From contig OZ286461.1 in assembly GCA_965644265.1 (NCBI GenBank), forward strand, positions 114,948,001 to 115,012,000: a DNA stretch of 64,000 nt, given 5' to 3'. A program made the position numbers and the translations under genes. The notes under the pieces are model-generated. The model did no database searches, was not told the DNA's origin, and saw nothing but the letters and a program-made list of their open reading frames with translations. Shown piece after piece: positions 11,466 through 24,850 of the stretch. The stretch is from Glycera tridactyla (taxonomy: Eukaryota). Positions within the stretch are counted from its first letter, which is position 1, and each line of letters begins with the position of its first letter.

Positions 11466-14400
11466 GACTTTCCTTATATTCCCTTCATCATCATATGTAG
11501 TGAGATCGTAACATTGATAGTAGTGTGTTTCCATGTATCATTTATTGAGCATTTATAATTATATACTCAAGAGTATGTGACATTTGTGTCCATGATGAGC
11601 TTCTATTCTTTTCTGAGTGTGAGTATTGATTTTCCATATAATACCGAGGAAGAAGTTCACGGCATGCCTTCCTATATGAGGCAAATAATAAAATCACAAC
11701 TAGGTGGAGAGAAGTAGTTAACTTTCGAGATTTCACTCTGTCATCGCCAGAATGAATGTATCTGTGTGAGAAGTGTAGATCACATATCCCTTATTTATGA
11801 AGATGTGTAGGACTACTTTTTTTAATCTACGATGAATATTGGTATAGTATGATAGCTGATAGGGGGGGGGGGAGCTTTGACTGGATTACAGAGCACGGTC
11901 CATCTCACTAAGGCATGACAATGGTCGAATTGCAGCAGATGATCCGAGCAGCATTTATATCTCTAGAAAAGATGACTGACAACTGCTGTGTCAATGTTGA
12001 AGAGATCACATATAAAGTTAGCTAGTGGATGTTGAATATGCACATTGAGCCAATAAGCATGTAGTACTGTCACTCCTGGGTGTGATACCATGCCAGTGAT
12101 GGCTCACACGATATGCATTGGATGCTGCCCATACCGTCTTGCCTTGTATAATGCCTCTTCTTCTTCTTCTCATACCGCATTCCTATGATGGGTCATTATT
12201 TGTATGTTACCATACCTTCACATTCAAATAACTCCATTCATATCATACTCATAACATATATACATAAGACCGCAATTAGTTCAAAGAAATTTTACCGGCC
12301 GGTACGACTTAGTAAGTGAACAATAAATGAGGTGTTAGACAAGAACATATCATGTATACTTCATGATATATTGAATATATTTTGCACCTTATGTAAATTT
12401 TGATGTGTGCACAGCGAATTGTCCAATCACAGCTAGTTGTCTCAACGGAAATAACAATGCCGGGGGCAAATACGAGCGAGCAGGGAAAAACAGTGTAACC
12501 CCAAAATGAAGAATCCAGCACTTCTATTACAAATAAACAGTCAAATGCAAGACATCTATCCAGTGCGGGCAAGGTTCAGTCCAAAGCCTTTTTTCTTCAA
12601 TATTTAAACATCACTAAAACGCTAGATAGTCAATAGGGAGGGGGCAGGGGTGACTTGGTATCATAATCAAAAGCACTCCTAGTGACATGAGCTTCTGAAT
12701 CAGATTTCGATGTAACTTCATCGGTCTTGCAAAATATAATTTGCAAGTGAATTCTGAGAGAATCACACATGCGACCATATTCCTAGCACTTCTAAGTGAA
12801 TTCGGAGAATGAGGAAATTGGACTTGTAGCTTGAATCACATTCGACCTAGATTCGGGTCAGGAGACAGGTAGTTCTCATCAGGGTTATGCCATGTGTGCG
12901 TGTAACTGAAGAGGCGTGGTATGACCTTTCATGATGAAACGCTGAAGAGCACTAAGACCGCATGATCATTGTGAACGCTAGCCTGTTCTACTTTTTAACA
13001 CAATTACAGACCTAGATCACCCTGGTCTCATTATCAGGATTCGAACTCGGAACTGGCCTACCACTCGGAAATATAACACCAAGCAGCCTTCTATAATATG
13101 CATGTTCTGCCCTAACCCCCTCATTGTCACAGTTATACAGTTGACATAAGTAGCTAGTGTCCTGAGTGATGGAACGTGACAACTCATTATGGCTATCCAG
13201 GAAGAGCTGATAGCCCATCTTCGTTATGGACTCATTCAGTAGCACCAGGTGATTGTTCAATTGCTGATAGCACCCCGCATGCAGCTTGTGCCTATTTGCC
13301 TGTTTGACTGTGTTGACTGATGATATTTCATTTTGGCGTAGTAAGACTTTCAAGATCTAATCTCCCCGATGCTGCTGATAGCTATTTTTGGATTTGAGGA
13401 CTGAACTGTGATCGAATTGTTGAACTTTGTATCCTTCGCTCATGTGCCTGCATATGTATGTGCGTATGTTGAGGAGAGATATTCATGTGGCTGGATTGTA
13501 GTCATTTATCATAACGCCACTGCAACATTTGACCATTCTTTTCGGATACCGATTCCATAAACATCTCAATGGAAATATTGGTATCGACTATTCGGCCATG
13601 TTTGAGATGAATTCACTTCAGAATAGGATCCAAAATCTTTGAGATACATAATGGCCCTGGGCAGCTTTTGAAATACATCCAGCCTGCAGTACCAATATGA
13701 AGTTGATCCTGCAATCTGCCGTATTTCTGGTTATTTGAGAAAGTTTCCATAAGATATAACCTTGTGTATCAATATTGCTGAGAGGAGACCCTTTTCTCAC
13801 CGAGGAGACCTGAACTGGCAGTCTTACAAGTTTTAGCATATGCTTATTTTTCTCAGAAGATATGAGATGTATTGATATGTGAGATTGCTTGCATGCACGG
13901 CAAGTGTACTGTGTAACCTGCTGCCAAGTATCTCTCGTATGTATCCCAACCAGTGTCGAAAAACGTAGACAGACAAATGAAAAGTAGATTTGGATATTCA
14001 CTTGATTGATTGGATCAATAATGACGTGTCATCATCCAAGGTGAGGGGAGGGGGATGATTCATTAGGCACATGTCAATCAGTTGACCATCCAATTATGCA
14101 GCTCGACGGACCATCACCCGTACATCCAAGTCACATGACACTCTGCTAGATCATGCAGGAATCCACCCAGGTGTCAACACGGACATATTAACTGACCTCA
14201 TTAGGGAATGGGCCACACTGCAACTCCGTTACTATCAAGACTAACACTCTGCTATATTCGGAATCAAGGGGTGACAGCTGTGACCATGACTCGGCTGTGC
14301 CTCACTGACTCTGCATCAGGTGTGGATCCAGTTTCATAATTCTGGATTATGTACGCCACGTGTTTCTGAATTATGTAAACAAGAGCGCCCACATGCGCCA

Positions 14401-16774
14401 AGAGATCTCCAAGACAGACAGAGAGACAGAGAGAGACAGAGACAGGGGGTAAGGCAAGCCCTCCTTCGGGAATATGGGGCAGCGGTCCTCCCAGTGCGAG
14501 TCATGAGCGAGCCACCTGTTGATTTGTCTTATACCGTTATGGCCATAATCCATCACAAACTGAAGCATTCGCAAAATGTTTGTCAAATTGCTATCTCTGA
14601 TTGGCTGGTTTTACACACGCTATCTACAACTCCATTCACGAATCGGCGCACTGATCCATGGAACCTGGTAATGAGGTGCGAACAAGAAGCACTACTTTTT
14701 TTCGCGCAACTATACATATTCAACCTGCCGAGATCTGTGCGCTTCGGTAATAGGCCACAGAAACAAGTGTACGGAGAAATGATTATTACGTAATCGCTAC
14801 ATTTTCCATTTTGTAAACATTACTGTTTGTATATCACATGTGCGAACAACAAGCAACCCATGTTGAGACATCTTTGACTAAACCCGAATAGATTTTGATT
14901 CAAATCGAATTAAATACAGATGAGGTAATCATGTGTGATGAGAGGGATTTCTCTAAAAATCTTCGATACGGTGAAATTTGCCAGATCTCTGAACATTCTG
15001 TGCTAATTCAATCCAATCTTGTGCTGATTTTTCTCCATGGTGGGAACATTTCGCTGATTCTTTGATCTCATGAAGATTACGATTGTTCTTAAATCTCATG
15101 AATTTTCCATGTCTGAAATTCAAATTCAAAAAGACTTTATTTAAACTCGTAATAACATATATTATGAATATATACATAGACCGCAATCAGCTCAATGGAG
15201 CTTTATACAGTGGCCATGAGTTGAGGGTTCTCAACTAAAACAGGCTGGTAAATATCAAATACACACAAGTACAGTTTATGCCACGATGATAAAAAAAAAT
15301 TATTTACAGTAATTTTACACTATTTACAGAATTACACTCACAAACTTTTCTCATGAACATTTTGCTGATTGTTCTATCCTATCTCTTATATAAGCGACCC
15401 TAGTTTTTCTGGTATAGCCGGGAAACATCTAGAGTGGTGTGCAGTTTCTTCTGAAGCATTTCAGTCACAATGTAGACCAGCACTTGATATATCGAAGATG
15501 TGAATAGAAAATTGACTAGACAATGCCTTTTTGTCTCTCAGCATGTCGAGGGAGATTGGATTAGCCAAGCGTGGTTGCTATGTAAGGCAACAGAGGCCAT
15601 CATCCTGTGAATTGTATGCGCAGGCGGAAGTACTGTTCTACTTTCTGACCGCCTTACGATCGTGTGAGGATAAGTTGGCCTATTCCCTTCTAATTGCTGC
15701 ACCAAGGGTCACAGTCACCTCACAGGCATACACATCATATGCTGGGAAATCACATGAAGCATCTCTCCACCATCCCTTAAGATATCTTCAAGAGTGATCT
15801 CATTGTCAGAGAAAAAGTTGTGACTTAGAAGTGAGTATGGCTTCATACAACGACACTGGTTTAGGATCAGATCAGATCAGAGGACCATGCAACCTTCCAA
15901 TTCATCACTGAACAATATAACATATAACATGCATTCATACGGGTGCTCTTACCATCGATATCACTGCCATCAAACCATTCAAACTCGACCAACAATAAAT
16001 ACGCCAACTGACATACCAACCTGCCACTAGACGATCCATCCACTTAACAAAGAAGCCACTCACCCAACCGCTAAACCAGCCAACAAACAAACACTTCACG
16101 GCCTCCTTGGGTTATAGTAACAAACGATCCCAGTTCCAGCTTGGAATGTTATCAATGATGGTTGGAAAGTTCAGGTCCATATATAATGAGTGAAGTCATT
16201 CTGTTGACGTGTACGACCCTCATACTCAGTACCATAGCAGTCGATGTCTCCTACTTTTATATGAGCGATAACATGAATTTACAGTAGGAAACGACATTTG
16301 TCTTCCGAGTGTTCACCTTGTATGTGAGCAGATATTAGTGCGGTAAGACCAGATGATGCATATCTCAGGTCAAAGTATCAAAATCTATATTCAACTTCTC
16401 ACTCTACACCAGCGAGCAAATCATATTTCCCAAACACTTCAAAGTGAAAAGGGATCCCCTGATCTGTACGTCGGATGATATATCTCCTCAGATATGAATA
16501 TGTCTGTTGTGCCAAATTTATCTTATGAATATACCTTCACCTCTGGAGAGATACGAGAGCAGATTATTCGAAAACAAATTGATCAGATCATATTACTCAG
16601 AAAAGCTGCACAAACGATGCGGATTGATTGAGTGGTCACCCATGTTGGAGCTCGACATAATCCCACAAAGGACAGTAATGCATTTGACAAAGTCCCCCTT
16701 TCACCCTGTTGTGATGGTATGTTGGCCTGCCCTGGCACCACTATGGCTGTTGTCCGCCTCATTTCAGAAGTATG

Positions 16775-17218
16775 GTTACCTACTTCCTACCTACCNNNNN
16801 NNNNNNNNNNNNNNNNNNNNNNNNNNNNNNNNNNNNNNNNNNNNNNNNNNNNNNNNNNNNNNNNNNNNNNNNNNNNNNNNNNNNNNNNNNNNNNNNNNNN
16901 NNNNNNNNNNNNNNNNNNNNNNNNNNNNNNNNNNNNNNNNNNNNNNNNNNNNNNNCTACTACCTACCCATCGTCCAATCAACCTGCCTGCCTGCCTGCCT
17001 GCCTGCCTCTCCCCCTCCCTCCCTCCCTTTCTCCCTTCCCGCCTGCCTGCTTGCCCCCATCTCCACCTACGTCCCTCCCTCTCTCCCTCCCCCTAACTAC
17101 TCACCTACGTACCTACCTACCTACCTTCCTACCCACCTACCTAACGACATACCTACCTACATACCTACCTACATACCTACCTATTCACCCACCACCAACC
17201 CAACCACCAACCAACCCG

Positions 17219-17249
<31 letters not shown>

Positions 17250-17250
17250 A
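16775..17250 (+). repeat. (CCTA/CCTG/CCCT)n microsatellite spanning a gap
   Basis: Direct reading. Confidence 0.9.
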
Positions 17251-17644
17251 ACTAGCAGCGGATACGTATATCCAGGTCCACCTAGATAGCCGTGCTCTAT
17301 GTATATCAACCTCTTTGACGCTGTAACCAACGACGGCAATCGCAGCGAGAAATTGCCGCTAGGCTTTCAGGCGGTATCATATCAAGCAGAGTGCGCAAGG
17401 GGCGGCTATTTTATGTCAAGGCCTGCGTGTTCACCGTCAGATTGCTCTGCTGGACGCGATTAGAGCTTCTGAGAAATGACGGCTGGCAGATAGAAGCCCA
17501 AGTACAGCTGAGATCCGGCCTGGTTCAGCTGGACAACATCAATAAACTTTTTTGTCCGAGGACTATCACGAAAATGTAGGGATTTCATGATAGCCAGCGC
17601 CTCCACTTACATTTACATAGAGGCACGCAAGCGGGACTATACAG

Positions 17645-18050
17645 GTGGATGAACGAATGTATGGATGGGTGGATAGAAAGATGGACGAGTTGATGGACAG
17701 ATGGATTCACCAACGGATAGATGGATCAACGGGTGGATATGGAGATGAGCAGATGGATGGACGAATGGATGGACGGACAGACAGATGGACCAACGGATGG
17801 ATGGATTGACAGATGGATGGATGACAATGACAATGACCATGACAGTACTTTATTAGGATGGATGGATGGATGTATGTATGTATGTGTGTATGTATGGATA
17901 GGTGGATGTATTGATGGATGGGAGGAAGGTGGAGAGACTGGCTCGATAGATGAATGGTTGGCTGGGTGGGTATAGGCATGGATATATGGATAGATTGATG
18001 AATTAATTGTCGGATTGACAGATGGATAGAGGGACGGACAAACAGACAAG
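17645..18050 (+). repeat. (GATG/GGAT)n degenerate microsatellite
   Basis: Direct reading. Confidence 0.85.
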
Positions 18051-19169
18051 ATCGATCTTTACCTACACCATTGCTGTCTACAGCTGCCGAACCGTCTTGG
18101 TTATCATAATTCAAGTTCAGCGCCAACAAAGTATAAATCACAGTGATGCAGGTCATTGCAGGTTATTGAATGCTCCCTAATCAGGTTAATGAACCAATTT
18201 TCTGTACGGATTTCTTCCGAATCCACTAAGAGACACAATTCACTATAATGGAATGTCTTTAGGGAAAGAGTTGAATATAAAAATGAAACCAGTCTCATCT
18301 ATAAAGAGAGGCCTGTCAAAGTGTTCAGAGTATAAAAAATCAGATTCCTCAGGCAGCAATCAATTCAGCTATGGTGTCATCATTTTTCGTGGGGTTAGTT
18401 GAATGGTTGGTCCGTGACCTGCGCCACAAATTGCTGGTCTAATGCATGAGGCTCATTTTTATAATTATCAAGAGCTGCTGGGTGAGAATGGGATGATGAT
18501 GGGTGAAGCTCAGAGCAAGTAGCGCCATAAATTTCACTGAGTCAAACTGACAACAACGCCAGTAGCCATTAGACAGAGAAAAATAAGCCATCAAAACATG
18601 GAATTATCCATGTTTCTGAATCACCGACGTCTCATGGGACCACAAGGTATAGAATGAAAAGGTGATTTCCAGCCCTTCAAAGAAAGAATGAACATCTACT
18701 TCACTCAAAATGAAGGTGGATATGTTCAACTCGGTTTCGAATAATTATATTCAAAATATAGTTTTGAGATTGAATTTTTCTAAAACAAATAATCTGAACA
18801 AATATTGAACTGAATGTGTTTTTGTGTTTCGTTTATTAGGTGGTACTTTTCAAGTACATGAAAGAAATAATGGCGACATAACACCCAGCTTCTATACATC
18901 AAGAACACGTGGCATGTATTATGGTTTGAGTTGATGCGTGTCATTAAACAGCATCCGAATAATATGCAAATCAGAATGTGGTGTGAGATGTCATGCGTGG
19001 TGTTAAGTATTGGAAATGGCTGTCTTTAATGCTGTACTCGGATACTACACATGGATATTGTCATGTGTCGCTTGCTACAAAAGAAATTATTCTCCCAGAT
19101 AGTACCCGTTGCACCTTTTCATTATGCGTCATCTGGTACTTTGACGAGATTGAAACCATTGTTGTTTGT

Positions 19170-19300
19170 CCAGTGTCACTTGCTACCATGGAAAGCGTTC
19201 ACTGCACTTCTTTCGTCAATGTCACCTCATGCATCACCCCTTCCAGGAAAAAGCTGTTGACCCATTGCCTACCTATTAATTGAGCATCTTCCCATCATAC
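19170..19300 (-). pseudogene. Possible second discoidin-like relic (in copy 2, absent from copy 1)
   Basis: Minus-strand QWVNSFFLEG (19240-19268), then FHGS/SDTGQTTMV after a frameshift, resembling QWVxSFxLxYS...FxGNxD. Confidence 0.3.
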
Positions 19301-19731
19301 GAAAGCAAAAAGATCCTTTTCAGTGTTGTTTATGAGGTGGCAGTCCAATTCGACATCTTGCTCGGAATGACTAGAAGATTACATAGCATCATGATGTTTT
19401 GCCATTAAGATGATTGTGAAGACATGTTTTGTAATTGGGTTCACGGTCCCCTAGTTACAAGATGGGCGAAATTTGGGATGACGCAAGATGACTGGGTGGA
19501 GACAGCTTCACAGCTTCACATCTGATGAGTTGACGGGACGGAGGAGCTTCATTACCTCTTTGCCATCTCCAGCTCTTCAATGAAGATTCACAGTCTGACA
19601 CACATCTGTGGACTCCACTGACCCAACATCACCATGGTCAGACAATCAGCTGTCACGTCACGTCATCCACGTCATCCTGTCACTCTATGACGTCACTAGT
19701 TTGTTTAGGTCGCTAAGAGAGTGTGTGTGCT

Positions 19732-19791
19732 TGTAACTGTGAGTGTGTGTGTGTGCTTGTAAGTGTGTGTGTGTGCTTGTAAGTGTGTGTG

Positions 19792-19868
<77 letters not shown>
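19732..19868 (+). repeat. (TG)n/(TGCG)n microsatellite
   Basis: Direct reading. Confidence 0.95.
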
Positions 19869-19870
<2 letters not shown>

Positions 19871-22800
19871 AGAAAGGTTCCCGTGTTCAGATGGATTTGG
19901 TTTCACAGAATGATACATGACAGACCAGTGAAAAACATGTTTCTGTGGAGTGGCGTGTGCATTAGCAGACACGTTTTAAGTTGATTTCATCACTGCAGAT
20001 CACCACATTTCCAGTGTTTGTGGGCAGCAATGCCATCTAAGTGCAGCCTCGAGACGCCTATACCAGAGATCTAAAATGCTGCTGGGTTTCTTGCAGACAT
20101 CTATTTGATTAAACCCAGAAATATTCTCATGCACTCATCCTTCTTCACATACACAATTTGACAATTTACCCAGATCGCAGAGAGCTTTTTTCTTTCAGTA
20201 TCATAATTTCGGGATGATCGGATGATTGTATTTAGTGTGGTCAAATATTTCGACACAAGATGGCGCAACTTTTTCATCTCAAGTATCTCAGGGAACATTG
20301 CATATGAATATCCGTGGTAGTCTTGTCTGACATATATCGATATGACATATATAATTTGTTCAACATGAATGTGTGGAAAAGGGGTCATATTGTAGGAAAT
20401 GTTTTGGTTCAGAGGGTAGCACCGCTGTCATTTTCCACAAGTAGGCACTGAATCGCTGTTATTGTCTCTGACCCTGCTGGTTTGAAGTTGACAGTTTGTA
20501 ATTGAACACATTGATCAAGTACCCTCCGAATCTAATGCAGTTTCAAGTACTGTGCTCTGCACGAAAAGGAAGCATTCCTATCAGGCTTGAGTGTAGGAAG
20601 AAGTGTGTCTGAACTGTCACCCACTTCCACTTTACAACCTTTGGGGTTTCCCATCATCTTGTGTTTGGGGTTTGTGAGAGTGGTGTATGCAGGGGAGAGA
20701 ACATCTAGCTTTCATTATACAGGAATGCATGGCATATATGACCCTAGGGTTGATACATGCCGTTAGTCCTCAAAACAAACAAACAGACTCTAACCCTGCA
20801 ATGGCGTCAGAATGATTGCACCGACTGCAAGCCAAGGAGAACACAGTTAAACCCGGCAAACATTCACCCTACAATAATACAGATACCATCAATTTTACCC
20901 AGGCTTCTACGACGACAGAGATGCTGATATGCAAGCAAACTTTATGTTCACGTCTATAAAGCATGTTTTCTCTACAGAGTATATATGCATCAGGATGTTG
21001 ACTTTAGAATCTGATACCAGAAGCTTATAGCGGCACATTCTGGCTTGATTCCACATCCGAAACCACAAGATATTCATCTCCTCCCTATCCCTTCCAAATC
21101 CATGAGAGGATGTCATCCAACTCTTGTTTGGAGACTTGGTCTTGTAGATAGATTCATTGATGTTCAACGAACTGTTTCAAACCATAAGGTCCATATAGTC
21201 GATTAGCCCTTCACTGACGCAGTGAGTTGCTGCACAAGTTGATGTTACGCCGATCACACCAATATGACGAAACAAAACACGGTGAAAATGCATGAATCTT
21301 GGATTGGATATGTTTTTTTCACGGCTGATGAGAAAAATGGGTTGACAGGCACTGGGTACAGGTCATGTGCGAGGTGAAAAAACCGACCTTGCTGGAGAAA
21401 ATGCAATCACGAGAAAAATTTACCTCATGCCAGCCTATAAGAATACGTAGATTTTTTGCAAGAGCCTTCCGAATTACTCGTACATGTGGCATATTATTAT
21501 TATGAGGACTTCTTGCATAATGTCTGGCTGTGTGCAGTTGCACGCACAGTTTCTGAAAGGTAAAAAAACAGCCAACCAACCAACCAACCAACCAGCAAAC
21601 AAATAGTCAGTTCCATTTTGGAACCACGAATATCAGTGGATTGGTTACAGGTTGAAAGTGAAGAAAAATGTCTACTCAGCGGTCTTTGTCTAGGCTGAGT
21701 GTGATGTTTGTCTATTGTTAGTGCCTAATGCAGTCCAATCTGTGTGCTGTCAATCGACCTGGGCACGCCATACTCACATAGGCCACTTCTCTTCTAGTGT
21801 CTTCACAACTCGCCACATTACCCTTTCTAAAACTCCTCTCAATGCTGCCAGAATGTTGGTATTCATAAGTCACGCTTCCCCACAATACCCACCTACTGCA
21901 TATTCACAAAATCGATACACACACGCACACACGCGCACGCATTCACACACCAATGGGCGTGAGACATTCACCCCATGATGTTGGCTCGTGTGTTGCGTCA
22001 TCCTTGTGTTTCTCACNNNNNNNNNNNNNNNNNNNNNNNNNNNNNNNNNNNNNNNNNNNNNNNNNNNNNNNNNNNNNNNNNNNNNNNNNNNNNNNNNNNN
22101 NNNNNNNNNNNNNNNNNNNNNNNNNNNNNNNNNNNNNNNNNNNNNNNNNNAAGATATCTTCGACATCATATCTCATATATCTTTCCATCCCTCTTAGCTC
22201 TCTCCTACATCTTCGATTGAGTGGGCTCAGATGTAGGTTGTCGACTGTTTGTTTGTATGTGATATCGTCACAATGCAAAAAGCAGGTATCAGGCACACCA
22301 GTTCAGGGATACGAGGGCTGCGACTGAGCATACTAGGGAGTTTAAGGGGCATTCATAATTGTATAGGTGGTTTGAAGTTGACAGTTTGTTCTTAAACACA
22401 TTAATTGAGTATTCCTCAAATCCATTTTTTTTCTACTTCAAAATACCGCATTTCTCCTGAAAGAAAGCATAAAAAGTATCAGCTTAAAACCAGTTACATG
22501 GTTAGTTATGTTATCGTTGGTCATCATGATCATGTCAGATAGGCGGAGGTAGGTCTGAACTGTCAGCTACTTCCACTGTAGAATCATCTATGTTTCTAAT
22601 CATTCTTGTTCAGGGTTTGTTGAAGGGAGGCCTGCACAAACATACACACACACACACACATGAAAATACGATCATGCACACACAAACACACACAAACACA
22701 CACAAACACACACACAAACGCACACGCTCTAACTGACATACAGTACAGTTATTGTTGTGAATACCATGTTTCTTCGTTTGTGAATGGCGACCCAGTTTAT

Positions 22801-23049
22801 CAATCACCCCGATTTCTACATTTTCATCTGTTGGACCTGAATGATGGTTTGCATAATAACAATATTCTTATCACTGAGGTTTTGCGAATTCAATTTTGGC
22901 ATGCTCCATATAATCGAGAAAAAATGAGAAGTAATCTGATTAATGATGAGAGAAACTCGGACTGGATCTTATTTTTCCGAACTAGGAATCAATGATTTTC
23001 TAATACTATGCATGGAAACTCATATGTCGAGAGTGGGATAGAATGACAT

Positions 23050-23420
23050 CGTCATCATCAGGTTTTCCATCCAAATACGTTCTTCATTATTACATCTCGT
23101 GCATCTATCGTTTTTCCAATATTTCTGAGATATTTCGAGAATGCTCTGTGCTTTTTTCATTATTACTGGTAAACCGAGAGCTTTTTCTTGTCAATTACCG
23201 TGGAGCCAAATTGCCAAGTCTGAGAATTTGTTGACAACCCTCGAACAAAATTCTGTATCTATTCCGCAGATTTGTGCACGAAAGTTTCATCGCCAGGTCA
23301 TTTGCAATCTTTCCTGCTCTCACTCAATTATTTCGGCCAAGGATTTGATATGAGATTATCTCCCAGTGTGTAAATACAATCGCTCAGGATAACCATAGAC
23401 TGCCGATAATATAACAGGGA
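23050..23420 (-). pseudogene. Decayed F5/8 type C (discoidin)-like domain relic, copy 2
   Basis: Reads NPW-(24 codons)-E*IQNFVRGLSTNSQTW...DKKK / FTSNNEKSTEH / TIDARDVIM..W. F, S, N and W lie at +4, +9, +11 and +15 after the E[WY] position, as in the F5/8C consensus. Three stops and two frameshifts. Confidence 0.6.
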
Positions 23421-24624
23421 GACATGCTTATGAAGGAAATTGGAGATATTTCGTATGTCAGGGATGCCGTATAAATGTTACGAGGCATGGTGGCATGGAT
23501 TTCATTCGCCTGACCTGTCATATAGAGAAAATCAAAATCTGCAATCCCATATGATATATCCTCCCAACTCAACTGTGTGAGGCAGTGAAGTTTGACTCCA
23601 ACGTGAATACAGGGGTTTGGTCAGGCAGCCACCCCTTGGAGATCCCTGTATGGTGTTGGGACCCTGTCATAGCAGATCATAATTTACCAATTTTGTGGCT
23701 TGGGATTTTATATGGGATAATCTTCCAGTGTGTGAATACAATCGCCCATGATCGCCTCAAGTTACCTAAAACATACCATGAAGACATGATTGTGATACAA
23801 ATTGGTGTTATTTCTGCTGTCAGTGATAGGGTATAAAACTCACGAGGCCGAGAAGTGAACTATGTAAAATACATTCTCAATGCTCCTATCATCAAACATA
23901 GCAAATACTTCTCACGCCCGTTCTCTAGTTGCCTGTGCAATTTCACTCATCATTTCCTCTCATAAATTTTATAAGCTATCAGGTAGGTATTATGGATTCA
24001 GATGCATGGCATGCAATATAGGGAGATCAAAACCTTCATCCCTAATCAATATTCTTACATCATACAGCTATCTTGAAAGTTTCAGGATAGTCAATAGGTA
24101 TTCACATAGCCCGCCTCCACATATCAATGCGAGGAACCGTTGTTTGACAGAATAACTGAGCCTTGTTACCACCAATTTACTTTATTACAAATCATCACAG
24201 AAATATCTTAAGCTTTGTGTTACTAGCATATGTCATGTTCAGTGAAACAAACAGTCTAGTCGGCATTTTTCCGAGTTACATTCTAGTCACGCGACCACGT
24301 TCACTCCCACCATTAGCCACCAACTACGAGCTTGTATTACAAACACCTTCAACGCCCTACTAGGTCTCTCTCAAATGTACTGGAATAATTATTCGGATTA
24401 CCAAATGGATGACAAACATGAAAGAATGACATGAAAGAATCATGCAGGATATGAAGAGCTGTAATTAAGAGTCCATGCGTGGCACATCATATGCTTCAGC
24501 AACCAAATAATCAGTTATTATAAGTTATCGCGATGACAGTGTAGCCTTGAGAATTGATACTCAGTAATTCAGATACTCATTACTCACCTTATATATTTCT
24601 CATACGTCCTCTTAACCATATAGT

Positions 24625-24850
24625 AAGAATTTATGGCCATGAAGTGTAAACGCAATACCAAACATGGTGTGAATATCAATGGGGGCTTGGGCCTCGCGAT
24701 ATTCAACAATATTCTCACCCAGTTTGGTATTGCGTTTTCACCTCACGGCCATATATTTTTGCTTTTATCACATGCATTAGGTGAGAAATCGTTCATGATC
24801 AGTTCTCACCCAGCTGTGAAGTGAAACACGCAATACTCAACACCTGGTAC
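24625..24850. mobile_element. Foldback non-autonomous element, copy B (paralog of copy A)
   Basis: Arms AAGAATTTATGGCCATGAAG...CAATACCAAA and TTTGGTATTGCG...CTCACGGCCATATATT. Confidence 0.6.

Larger units (their letters stand above)
955..14378. repeat. Segmental duplication, copy 1 (~13.4 kb)
   Basis: Colinear with 14807-28232 from CATTTTGTAAACATTACTGTTT (955/14807) to about 14378/28232. The two copies share unique sequence and microsatellite positions in the same order. Confidence 0.95.

Noticed and set aside
13030-13075. tRNA/SINE-like B box (GAGTTCGAATCC, minus strand)
   Set aside because: The A-to-B box distance is too short, there is no cloverleaf, and the motif is degenerate in copy 2.
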